Part shown: piece after piece, positions 51,517-61,379 of the stretch | Layout of the letters: the number at the start of each line of letters is the position of its first letter | How positions within the stretch are numbered: the stretch's first letter is position 1 | NCBI GenBank assembly: GCA_044225365.1 | Contig: JBGAIQ010000015.1 | Coordinates: 65,449-129,448 of the forward strand | Source: Planctomycetota bacterium | GTDB lineage: Bacteria; Planctomycetota; B15-G4; JADJEK01 | DNA: 64,000 nucleotides | Reading direction: 5' to 3' | The notes under the pieces: generated by a model | What the model was told of the DNA's origin: nothing | The model's input: the letters and a program-made list of their open reading frames with translations, nothing else | The model's database searches: none | Program-made: the position numbers and the translations under genes

Positions 51517-53979
51517 TCACTTGCGTCCCTGCGCGTCGATGAGCAACGCACGGAACAGCAGTTGAAACGTCTGCTGCGTCCAACTGCGGAAGTGGGGGCG
51601 GAAGCCGAAGAGGTGGACCCGGCCCTTGCCCGCCTTCACCCGCAGCCACGCCGCCTTGCCCGCGATCGCCTCGGGCATCGCGATGTACCCGGACAGCAGG
51701 AGATCGGTCGCCGCGTAGGACGCGAGCGTCTTGAGGTTCGAGGCGCCCTTCGCGTCGAACTCGAATGCGGTCGAACCATCGAAGAAGCAGGCCATCGACG
51801 GCGGGAGGCCGTTGGTGAGGGATTCGAGTGCGTCGGCTCCGAGATCGAAGTTGGGCTCGATGCGGAGGACCGACCCCGGACACTTGAAGTCCTTGGCCTT
51901 CTCGCCGCGCGTCGCATCGCTGATCGGCAGTTTGAAGAGATCGATCGCGTACTTGGCGGACGCGTCGAGCGCGATGAGCGTGTTGCCGCTCTCGACGAAT
52001 TCCTTGATCGCGATGTCGCCCTCGGGGTCGAGGCCGCCCGTGAACTCCTCGTAGATCGAGCCCTCCGCACGACCTTGCTCGATCTCACGCGCGCCGATGC
52101 TCGGGATCACGAGCACGTCGAGGAAACTCGCGAGGTTGCCCGCACGGATCATCTCGTTCTTCACCGTCACGTACGGCACATGGAACTGGTCGAGGACGAA
52201 GCGCAGCCAGCCTTCGTCCATGCTCGAGCCCCAGGTGTCGTAGATCCCGATGCGCGGCAGGCGCGACAAGCGGGTCGAAGACAACTCCTGCGAAGTCGGG
52301 GGCGTGCCGCTGAAGTCGAATCCGGTCGGTCGCACCGTGACCGGCTTGCCGTCCTTCAAGGATGCGAACACCTGCTGCCAAACGGACGAATCGCAGAGAT
52401 CCGGCATCCCGCCCGCTCGCGCCGGCAGGTTCGAGACGGCGTCGGCCGCGTTCTTCAGCAGAGTGACGGGCAATTCGTTCGGCAAGCCGTGCTCGACCTC
52501 GACGCGATTCACACCCAAGAGCAGCGGCAGCGTCCAGCCGGCGACGTCGTACGGGGTGTCTCCCGGCGGGAAGCGCTGGATCCCGAAGAGATCGGCGACG
52601 TAATCGCCGTAGGGTTGATCGCGACGAACGACGAGCGAGCCCTTCTTCCACGTGCGACCATCGGCGACGAAATCGGCGCCGGCGACGCCGACTTCGACTC
52701 CCGTGACGAGCAACGCGTCGACGAGGCGTTCGACCGCGCCGCGATCGCGATTCGCCTCCTCTTCGAGCGGTACGATCCAGGCGCGCGGCGCGCCCTCGCG
52801 ACCGCGGGCGATCGCGCGATCCGCGGACTCGACCTGATTGCGCAGCCAGTACGACGGCTCGCGCGCGAGGCTCGTGAGCAGCGACTTGCCGAAGCCGAGC
52901 TCGTAGCGAACGATGTCGGAGAGCCGCCACCATCCGCCGGGCCACGGATCCGGAAAGCGATTGGACGGTGCGTAATTCTTGAGATCTCCGGGAGGCCGGA
53001 GGTCGGAGAAGCGCAGGAAGATCGGCGACGCGATCTCGACGGACGCCGCTTCCGTGAGGATCCCGATCATGTTGTGCCGCACCGGAACGGTGCGATTCCC
53101 GCCGTTCCACCACATGTCGAACGTGATGCCCGTGGCGACGCCGGAGAGCCCATCGCGCGTCATGTCGTGCAATGCGCGCGAGCACAAGGCGTCGAGGCCC
53201 GTGATGATTCCGGCGTCGAGATTCGGATTGAGGGGGTCGCGGAACGGCGGGATGAAGATGCGCTCGGCCTTGCTGCCCTGCTGGTGGACATCCCAGTACA
53301 CCTGCGGGTGCCATTCGGAGTAGAGCAGGCGGCTGATCGCGCGGGTCTCCTTCTGGCTCACCATGAACCAGTCGCGGTTGTTGTCGTGACCGGTGTAGCG
53401 CTGGTAGAGCTTCGTCATCCCGCTCGCTTCGTACGGCGTGCCCACGGTCTTGCGATACCACGCGACGACGTCGTCGAGGCCGTCGGGATTGGTGCAGGGC
53501 AGGACGAGGACCACGCAGTTCTCGCGCACGGAGCGCCACGGCTCGTCGTTCGACGTCGCGAGGAGATAGGTGAGCTGCATCGCCATCTGCGGCGCCGCGG
53601 TCTCCGTCGAGTGCATCGCGGGCGAGATCATCGCGACGACCTTGCCCCGCGCGAGGATCGCCTCGCGATCCGCCGGAGAGAGGCCGCGCGGGTCGGCGAG
53701 GCGTGCGGAGTCGGCCTTGATCGCATCGAGTCTCTGCAGATTCGCTTCGCTCGACACGATCGCGAGCAGCATGTCCCGCCCGTCGGTCGTCTTCCCGGCG
53801 TTCTCGATCTTCACGCGCCCGGTCGTCGCTTCGAGCTTGCCGTAGTAGGAGCTGACCTCCTTCCAATCGGCGAGCTGGAAGTCGCAGGCAAGCTTGCGCC
53901 CGAGGTGCTCATCGGGCGAGGGCGGAGTCTGAGCGAGCGCGGACGACGTGAGGAGGAGGGCGAAGAGGTAGTTGCGCAT
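51517..53979 (-). CDS. Secreted M14-family zinc carboxypeptidase with C-terminal class I GATase-like domain
   Basis: HSTE, NPDG, HDNNRD, DVHQQG, ILTE, FGFRPHFR motifs. Confidence 0.82.
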   Translation of the reverse strand: MRNYLFALLLTSSALAQTPPSPDEHLGRKLACDFQLADWKEVSSYYGKLEATTGRVKIENAGKTTDGRDMLLAIVSSEANLQRLDAIKADSARLADPRGLSPADREAILARGKVVAMISPAMHSTETAAPQMAMQLTYLLATSNDEPWRSVRENCVVLVLPCTNPDGLDDVVAWYRKTVGTPYEASGMTKLYQRYTGHDNNRDWFMVSQKETRAISRLLYSEWHPQVYWDVHQQGSKAERIFIPPFRDPLNPNLDAGIITGLDALCSRALHDMTRDGLSGVATGITFDMWWNGGNRTVPVRHNMIGILTEAASVEIASPIFLRFSDLRPPGDLKNYAPSNRFPDPWPGGWWRLSDIVRYELGFGKSLLTSLAREPSYWLRNQVESADRAIARGREGAPRAWIVPLEEEANRDRGAVERLVDALLVTGVEVGVAGADFVADGRTWKKGSLVVRRDQPYGDYVADLFGIQRFPPGDTPYDVAGWTLPLLLGVNRVEVEHGLPNELPVTLLKNAADAVSNLPARAGGMPDLCDSSVWQQVFASLKDGKPVTVRPTGFDFSGTPPTSQELSSTRLSRLPRIGIYDTWGSSMDEGWLRFVLDQFHVPYVTVKNEMIRAGNLASFLDVLVIPSIGAREIEQGRAEGSIYEEFTGGLDPEGDIAIKEFVESGNTLIALDASAKYAIDLFKLPISDATRGEKAKDFKCPGSVLRIEPNFDLGADALESLTNGLPPSMACFFDGSTAFEFDAKGASNLKTLASYAATDLLLSGYIAMPEAIAGKAAWLRVKAGKGRVHLFGFRPHFRSWTQQTFQLLFRALLIDAQGRK

Positions 53980-54064
53980 GGGGTCTCCCGGCCGACGGAG
54001 CGCAAGCAGTCTAGCGGCGGAGGGGCGGACCGCCGCGTTCAGCGCGACGCCCGAAGAAGAGATT

Positions 54065-54228
54065 GGACCGCCGGCTCCGCCCGGCATGGGGATGAACTGG
54101 GAGCGCCGGGCTCTGCCCGGCATGGGGATGAACTGGGAGCGCCGGGCTCTGCCCGGCATGGGGATGAACTGGGAGCGCCGGGCTCTGCCCGGCATGGGGA
54201 TGAAGAGCCAGGCGGAGCCTGGCGGTCC
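54065..54228. repeat. REP-like array: 3.5 exact 36-bp tandem units flanked by ~21-bp inverted repeats
   Basis: GCCCGGCATGGGGATGAACTGGGAGCGCCGGGCTCT at 54079, 54115, 54151 and partial at 54187; flanks GGACCGCCGGCTCCGCCCGGC / GCCAGGCGGAGCCTGGCGGTCC. Confidence 0.85.
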
Positions 54229-54338
54229 GTCGGACCACGATCCGATGAGCGTGGCGGTCCGATGGTCCGTCGGTACGGCGCGACGATAGAATCGCGAGGA
54301 CGGTCCAGCGATGCAGACTCCGGACCCTGGAGACTTCG

Positions 54339-56108
54339 ATGTTGGCACTCTTCGCCTCCGCGCTCGCGAACTCCCTCCTGCTCGCCGATCCATCGGAAGT
54401 GACCGTGCCGATCGACATCGACCACGACGGCGCCGTCGAGATCGCGCGCATCGACGAGTACGTGAAACCGCAAGGCGTCGTACCGGACGCGGCCCCGGTC
54501 TTCGTGCTGGTGGAATCGCGCCTCGCGGAACTCTCGAAGAAGCAGGCCGGCGATCCCCTGCACGCGGCGATGGCGACCTATGCGAGCGATCTCGTTCGCG
54601 AAGGATTCTGGCCGAAGGTCGAGGTCGTCGATTGTCCTCCGGCGCCGGCGCATCAGGACGGCAAGTACGTCCTCGCGTTTCGCGCGCTGTTCCGCGCCGA
54701 GCGCACGGCAAATCCGAACTTCGCGGGTGCGGTGTTCGTGGGGCACTTCCCGGACGCGATGCTGGTGCGAACGGTGGCGTGGCAGCGCAACGACGCGTTC
54801 ACGTTGCGCGCCGGGACCAAGGACGAAGCGAAGTACCCGCAGGGCACGCCGTGGATCCGCAACGTCCCCGAGTTGATCGCGCATCGCGCCGACATCGTGC
54901 TCGCCGATCTCGACGGGGATTGGGAGGGCGTCTACACGCAGCCGCGCACGGCGGTGCCTTCGGTGTGCGGCGCATTCCCCAAGCGAATTCCCCCCGGGGG
55001 AGGGGGACTCGCGGCGGACGCGGAGTGGAGCGCCATCGACTACGAGGACTTCTTCCACGTCGCCGACGGCCACGCTACGAAGAGCGACGCGGGCACCGTG
55101 TTCCTGCCTCCGACCGAGGGCTCGAACCTCGAATGCTCGGCGGCCGATCGTGGACGCCCGAACGCGATGGCGGTCCCGGACATCTGCATCTCCCGCATCG
55201 ACGCACGCGGCGTCGCCTTGCAGCCCGTCGCCGATCTGCTCGACGAGAAGGGTCATCCCAAGGCCGGTCTCCAGGGCAAAGCGACACCGCAGGGCTGGAT
55301 CGGCGCGGCGTGGCATCACGACGACGCGCTCGAGCTGAAGTTGATGATCGAGTTCTTCGATCGCAATCATCGATATCGCACGGGCGCGTTGAATCCGTCG
55401 TTCGTGCCCGCGTCGCTCGAATGCGGGCTCGGTTCGGGATTCGACGTCGTGCGCTCGGCTTCACCGAAGTGGGCGAGCCTGGACGCGAAGGGCCTCGACG
55501 TCGGCGGTTCGCCCGATCTCGTCGCCGTCGCGCATTGGCTCCAGAACGACAGCGTGCTGCGGACGATTCGCGCGCACTCGGATCCATGGGGCTCCGCGTT
55601 CGCAGCGCCGGACCTGAAGGCGCTCGCGGACTACGCGGGGCCGGCGTGGGCCTTCGACGTCAAGGACGGCGAATTCACGCCCTCGCTCGATCGCGCCTGT
55701 CGCGGCGGCAAGCTCGACTTCTTCCTGCTGCGCACGCTCTACGAGAACCGGCATCGCGATGGCGCCTGCTTCTACGTGCACACCGGATGTGAGTCGATCT
55801 CGCCCGCAGGCGCGGACCGGCTGCCGTGGTCCGACCCCGGCTACGGCGGGATGAACGGCGCGGAAGCCGTTCTCTTCTACGGCAACGGGCTCGCGCTCGT
55901 CGGTCGCGCGAAAGTGTTCTACGACGAGCCGCGCGGATTCTGCGAATCACTCGGCGAGGGCAAGACGTTCGGCGACGCGTGGCGGCGCTACTTCGAACTC
56001 GAGAGCGCGGCGAAGACCTGGGGCGAGGTCGGCGACGACATCGGTCGGAAGCGCGCCTACTTCTGGAGCGTGCTCGGCGACTTCACCCTGCGACTCCGGC
56101 AGGGCTGA
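54339..56108 (+). CDS. Secreted protein, possibly gingipain (C25)/caspase-hemoglobinase fold
   Basis: Signal peptide; GAVFVG..P, PDICISRI, AHS, HTGC and terminal LGDFTLRL. Confidence 0.55.
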   Translation: MLALFASALANSLLLADPSEVTVPIDIDHDGAVEIARIDEYVKPQGVVPDAAPVFVLVESRLAELSKKQAGDPLHAAMATYASDLVREGFWPKVEVVDCPPAPAHQDGKYVLAFRALFRAERTANPNFAGAVFVGHFPDAMLVRTVAWQRNDAFTLRAGTKDEAKYPQGTPWIRNVPELIAHRADIVLADLDGDWEGVYTQPRTAVPSVCGAFPKRIPPGGGGLAADAEWSAIDYEDFFHVADGHATKSDAGTVFLPPTEGSNLECSAADRGRPNAMAVPDICISRIDARGVALQPVADLLDEKGHPKAGLQGKATPQGWIGAAWHHDDALELKLMIEFFDRNHRYRTGALNPSFVPASLECGLGSGFDVVRSASPKWASLDAKGLDVGGSPDLVAVAHWLQNDSVLRTIRAHSDPWGSAFAAPDLKALADYAGPAWAFDVKDGEFTPSLDRACRGGKLDFFLLRTLYENRHRDGACFYVHTGCESISPAGADRLPWSDPGYGGMNGAEAVLFYGNGLALVGRAKVFYDEPRGFCESLGEGKTFGDAWRRYFELESAAKTWGEVGDDIGRKRAYFWSVLGDFTLRLRQG

Positions 56109-56111
56109 CGG

Positions 56112-58211
56112 TCACTCGATCTTCCAACCGTCGAATGCGATCGTCTCCGGCCCCCAGTCCTTGCCGAAGACGCGCTCGAACTTCAGCGTGGCCGGCAAGA
56201 GGATCTCGCCGACCCTCGCATGGGTGATCGTCACCGTCTCGTTCCACTTCTCGGCCCCGGTTCCCGACGGCGGTTCCTCGACCTTCGAGACGACGAACCG
56301 GCCGTCGACCTTGGCGTGGGTGAACGAGCGCTTGCCTCCGGCGCGGTAGACGAAGCTCGTGACGAGACCGTTCGCGGTCGTGACTTTCGCGAGCCACGGC
56401 ACGCCGTCGATCGCGAAAGCGCCTTCCGAACTGCCCTCCGCGCTCCCTTCCGCGCGGATGGACTCGATCGTCGCGCCCGCGAACATCACGTCGAAGTCGC
56501 TGCGATCGCAGAGATCGCTGCCGTACCACATGAGCAAGCGATCCGACAACGCGCCGACGAGCGACATCTCGACTTCGGGCGAGAGCTTTCCGTCGAAGTC
56601 GACGTGCAATGAGCGAAGGTCCCTGCCGATGCCGACCATTCGGAGCTTCCCCGAGACCTTCTTCATGCCGTGCCACATCCAGTCGGTCCCCGGATTCGTG
56701 ACGACGAAGGACGCCGTCATCGTCCTCGGGTCGCGGGGATAGCGATACGACGCGTCCCAGATCGCGCGCAGCGCGGCGGCGCCTCCACCCTTCGGAGCTT
56801 CGCGGACGAGCGTCGCCTTTGCCGCAATCTCGTAATTCGAGAACGAGATGTCGTACGCGGAGAAGAGCTTGTCGTTGTAGGAGACCGTCTGCGATGCGCG
56901 CAGCACCACCGGCAGGCCGCCGTATTCGCCATAGTTCAGGACGTCCTCGGTCGAGTCGGACCGGCGATGCGTGACGACGTAGCCCCCGAGGAGATCCTGG
57001 CACTCCCACATCGTCCGCGAGGTCTCCCCGAGACCGTCGCTCGCGATCCTGCCGCCCTTCACCTCGACGTCTTCGTGGAATCCACCGGTGGAATCGGCAG
57101 AGTCGGTCGAGAGCGTCCGCTTGTCGTCGGCATCGCTCGCGAAACCGGGCCCGCGGCATTCGACGCGATCGTCTTCGAGCAGGCGCAGTTCGTTGCGCTT
57201 GCAGACCGTCTGGAAGTCGGCGCGACGCAGATCGGCGAATGCATGCAGGATCGCGTTCTTCACGTTGCCCGACTTGTTCAACTTCGCCTCGTCGCTCGTC
57301 AGCACGAGCTCGATCTTCCCGGAAGCCGGGATGTCGACACGGCCCGTCGCGAAGCCGACGTCGTAGCCGTTCCCACCGTCGGTCCGCTGGATGCGGCCGT
57401 GGAATTCGAATTCCGCCGTGAAGCGAAGGTCCTCCGGCCAACGCAGCCACGGTTCGTAGGCCGGCTGGAGCAGGGCACGTGCATTCTGCTCGTCGGGCGG
57501 AGCGACGAGGCTCCAATCGACGAGTTCGACCTTCGTGGCTTTGATCGCGCACGTCGGCAGGGAATCGCCCTCGAGGTACACGTTCTTTCCGGGTCGCGTC
57601 GCGATCTCGACATTGCGCGAAGCTCCCGCGGGGATCCTCACGCCGACGAGTTCCGTGCTGTCGAGCGGCTGCGTCAGCGTCACCAGGAACAGCGCGTCGA
57701 GGGCGCGATCGAATGGGTTCTTCAATTCGAAGGCCGTGACGGGGAATGTGCCGACTACCGAAGTGCGCTCGACCTGTTTCGGGCCGCCGACGAAGAGCTC
57801 GGGCTTCGAGACGTCGCCGCGGTTCACGAAGCTCGCGGACGCGACCGCGACGCGGTACTCCGCCTTCTTGCCGTTCAGCGCGGTCGCGAGGAAGTACTTC
57901 TGCTTGCCGCCGGGTGGCGTGGGCCGGCCGTAGCGGTGGAACCGCGGAAGCGTTGCGCGGTGGAAGACCTCGACCCGCGAGGACTCCGCCTTCTTCCCGG
58001 TCGATTTGGTCGGGAGCTCGATCGTGAAGTCGAGCGGCTCGGCGGCGGCCCTTCCCGAATTGACGATCTCGACACTGAGCAGGGTGAAGGTCTCACCGCA
58101 GGGGCGGGCGTCGACGACACGGCAGCCGAGGGACGTGACGTTGCCGGTCTCGAACGTGGGTTCGTCGGCGCTCGATGCGAGCGCGACGAGGAGCGCAAGC
58201 GAGTGGATCAT
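56112..58211 (-). CDS. Secreted hypothetical protein with two Ig-like segments and two DUF3386-like repeats
   Basis: Signal peptide; internal similarity ARALLQPAYEPWLRWP / AALRAIWDASYRYP. Confidence 0.6.
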   Translation of the reverse strand: MIHSLALLVALASSADEPTFETGNVTSLGCRVVDARPCGETFTLLSVEIVNSGRAAAEPLDFTIELPTKSTGKKAESSRVEVFHRATLPRFHRYGRPTPPGGKQKYFLATALNGKKAEYRVAVASASFVNRGDVSKPELFVGGPKQVERTSVVGTFPVTAFELKNPFDRALDALFLVTLTQPLDSTELVGVRIPAGASRNVEIATRPGKNVYLEGDSLPTCAIKATKVELVDWSLVAPPDEQNARALLQPAYEPWLRWPEDLRFTAEFEFHGRIQRTDGGNGYDVGFATGRVDIPASGKIELVLTSDEAKLNKSGNVKNAILHAFADLRRADFQTVCKRNELRLLEDDRVECRGPGFASDADDKRTLSTDSADSTGGFHEDVEVKGGRIASDGLGETSRTMWECQDLLGGYVVTHRRSDSTEDVLNYGEYGGLPVVLRASQTVSYNDKLFSAYDISFSNYEIAAKATLVREAPKGGGAAALRAIWDASYRYPRDPRTMTASFVVTNPGTDWMWHGMKKVSGKLRMVGIGRDLRSLHVDFDGKLSPEVEMSLVGALSDRLLMWYGSDLCDRSDFDVMFAGATIESIRAEGSAEGSSEGAFAIDGVPWLAKVTTANGLVTSFVYRAGGKRSFTHAKVDGRFVVSKVEEPPSGTGAEKWNETVTITHARVGEILLPATLKFERVFGKDWGPETIAFDGWKIE

Positions 58212-58257
58212 CGATTCCCCCGTATCGAGCCGCGATCCGGTGGCAACCGCGGGACGA

Positions 58258-59019
58258 TCAGCGTTTCTTCTCGAGGAACGCGGTCATGCGGCGCATCTTC
58301 TCCTCGCTCTCGAAGCACACGGCCTGTGCGATCGCGTCGATCGCGATGCCGACTTGATCGTTGCCGCGGGCCGAGGCGTTGAGCGAGAGCTTGGTGAGTC
58401 GCACGGCCAGGACGTCGTTCTTCGCGATCTGCTGGGCGAGTGCGATCGCGCTGTCCATCACCTTGTCGTCATCGACGACCTGGTTGACGAGTCCGATGCG
58501 CAGGGCTTCGTCGGCGCCGACGATCGCGGCCGTGTAGAGCAGTTCCTTCGCTTTGCCGAGCCCGACGAGTCGCGGCAAGCGTTCGACCGCGCCTGCACCG
58601 GCGAGGATCCCGAGCCCGACTTCCGGCTGGCCGAACTTCGCGCTCCTTCCCGCGACGCGCAGGTCGCACGCCATCGCCAGCTCGCAGCCGCCACCAAGGG
58701 CGAAGCCCCTCACTGCGGCAATCGTCGGCGCCGGGAACTCCTCGAGCTGTTTGAAGAGCGTCGAGTTGATCATCTTCAGCGCGTCGGATCGTTTGCGATC
58801 GCGGAGCTGGGCGATGTCCGCGCCCGCGGCGAACGCCTTGTCGCCCGCGCCCGTGACGATGAGCGCGCCGAGCGTGTCGTCGCTGCCAAGATCGAGGAGC
58901 GCGTGGCGCATCGCGTCGATCGTCTCCTTGTCGATCGCGTTGCGTACCTCCGGACGGTTCAGGGTGAGCGTCGCGATCGCGCCGTCGCGCTGGATGAGGA
59001 TGCGTTCTGGGTTCGTCAT
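58258..59019 (-). CDS. Enoyl-CoA hydratase/isomerase
   Basis: LNRPEVRNA, AFAAGADI, ALGGGCELA and FGQPEV motifs. Confidence 0.92.
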   Translation of the reverse strand: MTNPERILIQRDGAIATLTLNRPEVRNAIDKETIDAMRHALLDLGSDDTLGALIVTGAGDKAFAAGADIAQLRDRKRSDALKMINSTLFKQLEEFPAPTIAAVRGFALGGGCELAMACDLRVAGRSAKFGQPEVGLGILAGAGAVERLPRLVGLGKAKELLYTAAIVGADEALRIGLVNQVVDDDKVMDSAIALAQQIAKNDVLAVRLTKLSLNASARGNDQVGIAIDAIAQAVCFESEEKMRRMTAFLEKKR

Positions 59020-59039
59020 GGGATGTCGATGGGTAGGGT

Positions 59040-60068
59040 TCAGGGAGTGACGACGACCTTGCCGAAGACCTCGCGGTCGCCGAGCATCTTGTGGGCGTCG
59101 CTGATCCTATCGAGCGGCAGCACGGCGTGGATCACGGGCTTCAGCTTGCCGGATCCCACGAGTCTCGTGAGATCGTGCATCTCGCCGAGGCTGCCCATCG
59201 TCGAGCCGAGGATCGCGAGGCTCTTGAAGTAGATGGGCCGCAGGTCCGTGGTCAGCGTGAAGCCGCCCGTCGCGCCGCAGGTGACGAGGCTTCCGCCCTT
59301 CGTGAGGCAGAGGATCGACCGCGCGATCGTCGGCTCGCCGAGATGATCGATCGCGATGTCGACGCCGCGCTTCTTCGTCACCTCGCGCACGACCTTCGTG
59401 AAGTCGTTCGTCGAGTAGTTCACGACGACGTCTGCACCGAGCTCGGTGGCGCGCGCACACTTCGCATCCGATCCCGCCGTCGCGATGACGCGGGCCGAGA
59501 ACAGCTTCGCGATCTGGATCGCGGCGACGCCGACTCCCGAGCCCGCCGCCTGGACCAGCACGTCGTCACCGGGCTTCAGCTTCGCGCGGACCACGAGCAT
59601 GTGCCACGCCGTGAGGAACGTCAGCGGGAATGCCGCCGCTTGCTCGAACGAGAGATTCTCCGGTTTCTTCAGTGCATTGCGCGCCGGCACGCAGATGTAC
59701 TCCGCGCACGTCCCGTCGCGCGTCTCGCCAAGGATCCCGTAGTGGCGGCAGAGCTGGTCCTGTCCATCGGCGCAGGTCTCGCAGGCATTGCAGCCGTAAC
59801 CGGGAGCGAGCGTGACCTCGGTGCCGACGCTCGGCTCGACGACGCCGTCGCCGAGCGCGTCGACGACGCCCGCGCCGTCGCAGCCGGGGATGATGGGCAG
59901 GGGGAACTCGTGCCCCGGCACGCCGCGGCGGACCCAGGTGTCGAGGTGATTGAGCGCGGCGGCGCGCACTCGGACTCGAACCTCGCCCGACTTGGGTTCC
60001 GGGATCGCTCGGTCTCGGTGCAGCAGCTTGCTGTAGTCGCCGTGCTCGGCGATGACGACGGCACGCAT
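59040..60068 (-). CDS. Zinc-binding MDR-family dehydrogenase / quinone oxidoreductase
   Basis: ALNHLD, CxxCxxC...C structural Zn site, AAGSGVG, FGKVV. Confidence 0.9.
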   Translation of the reverse strand: MRAVVIAEHGDYSKLLHRDRAIPEPKSGEVRVRVRAAALNHLDTWVRRGVPGHEFPLPIIPGCDGAGVVDALGDGVVEPSVGTEVTLAPGYGCNACETCADGQDQLCRHYGILGETRDGTCAEYICVPARNALKKPENLSFEQAAAFPLTFLTAWHMLVVRAKLKPGDDVLVQAAGSGVGVAAIQIAKLFSARVIATAGSDAKCARATELGADVVVNYSTNDFTKVVREVTKKRGVDIAIDHLGEPTIARSILCLTKGGSLVTCGATGGFTLTTDLRPIYFKSLAILGSTMGSLGEMHDLTRLVGSGKLKPVIHAVLPLDRISDAHKMLGDREVFGKVVVTP

Positions 60069-60154
60069 CAGGAGCTCCAGAAAGGGGCGGAATCGCCACG
60101 GTGGGGCAGCTTCGGCGGAGTGTAGCGTCACGATTCTCGTGTTACTCTTTCGCG

Positions 60155-61372
60155 ATGCGATACCTCCCGACTCGCCGCCAGTTCGTCGCTTCGTTCCTCG
60201 CCGGCAGCGGGCTGGGGAATGCGTTCGCGCGGGGATGGGCGCTCTTTGGGCCCGAGACGGCGAGGGCACGATACGAGTCGTTCGTGGCGAGCCTGCGCAC
60301 GGCAAAGTCGCTCGATCTCGTCGCCGACGTCGTGACCTCGCAGAAGGTGCAGGGCGGGAGGATGCCCATTTCGTCCTCGATCGAGGCGCGGCTCGCCCGG
60401 CCCGGGCGCGGCATCCTCCATCGTGAGCGACGCGGCCTCGTCGGCACTCCCGAGTCGTCCCCGATCGTGACCGAGGTCCTCGGCGACGGCGACATCTCCT
60501 ACCAGGTCGACCCGGCGGGGGAGTCGTATGTGCGGAGCTGGCCGCCACGCTTCCTCGCCGCGGGCGAGGGGCGCGGGATCCTGCCGCTTCGCGAATTCCT
60601 CGAAGAACCGTCGGATCCGCCGCGAGCGATCCGTTTCGAGAAGCATCCCAACAAGGCGGATCTCACCGGACTGCGGCTCGACTACGACGACCGCGCGGAG
60701 ACCTTGTTCTTCGACGAGTCGCTCGCGCTGAAGGCGATCATCAAGGAGGAGACCACCGGATTCGAGACGATGCGAACGCACTTCGACGTGCGCGAGTTCC
60801 GACTCGGCACGGCGGAGCCCGGCGCCGAGTACATCCGAAAACCGATTGCCGACTTTCGCGATATGACGAAGCAGGTCGCGAAGGGGCTCGGCACCAAGTT
60901 CGATCACGCGCGGACGGCAGAGGAAGTGGCGGGAACCGCGTCGCCCGTGCTCGCCGTGGGCGATCGCGAGGTCGACGCCGGATTCCTCGACGCATCCGTC
61001 GCGCTCGTCCGACTCACTCAGCTCCGTGGCCGCCCGGTCGTGATGATGTTCGCCGACACGGCGTCGCCCGAATGCAGGGATGCGGTGAAACGCATCCATC
61101 GCATGGCGGTCGAGGACGACGATCGCCGGACGGGCGTGCGATTCCTCGTCATCGTTCCGCGAGACGAACTGCGGGCGAGTACGGGGAACGCCGGGAGCTC
61201 CGCGCGCGGCAACTTCCGCGTTGTATCGCCGATCCACACGGGTCTCGAGAGCGCGTTCGGAGTGAAGTTCCACCCGACGACCTTCGTCGTCGATCGCAAC
61301 GGAGTCGTCGCGATGCGCGGCGCCGTGGGCTTCGACGAGGAAGCCCTGCGGCGCACGCTCGACTGGACCTGA
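60155..61372 (+). CDS. Exported protein with LolA-like N-terminal region and C-terminal redoxin domain (SxxC)
   Basis: TRRQFV Tat-like signal; LRGRPVVMMF...SPEC and FGV..HPTTFVVDRNG. Confidence 0.65.
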   Translation: MRYLPTRRQFVASFLAGSGLGNAFARGWALFGPETARARYESFVASLRTAKSLDLVADVVTSQKVQGGRMPISSSIEARLARPGRGILHRERRGLVGTPESSPIVTEVLGDGDISYQVDPAGESYVRSWPPRFLAAGEGRGILPLREFLEEPSDPPRAIRFEKHPNKADLTGLRLDYDDRAETLFFDESLALKAIIKEETTGFETMRTHFDVREFRLGTAEPGAEYIRKPIADFRDMTKQVAKGLGTKFDHARTAEEVAGTASPVLAVGDREVDAGFLDASVALVRLTQLRGRPVVMMFADTASPECRDAVKRIHRMAVEDDDRRTGVRFLVIVPRDELRASTGNAGSSARGNFRVVSPIHTGLESAFGVKFHPTTFVVDRNGVVAMRGAVGFDEEALRRTLDWT

Positions 61373-61379
61373 CGGACGC

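Noticed and set aside
54079-54204. CRISPR array (36-bp repeats)
   Set aside because: Units are directly adjacent with no unique spacers, and there are no cas genes in the window
51214-54402. 1062-aa plus-strand ORF (and similar long ORFs at 25421-27376, 38581-40719, 11612-13387, 2866-4587)
   Set aside because: Antisense shadows of well-supported genes, expected in high-GC DNA; no motifs
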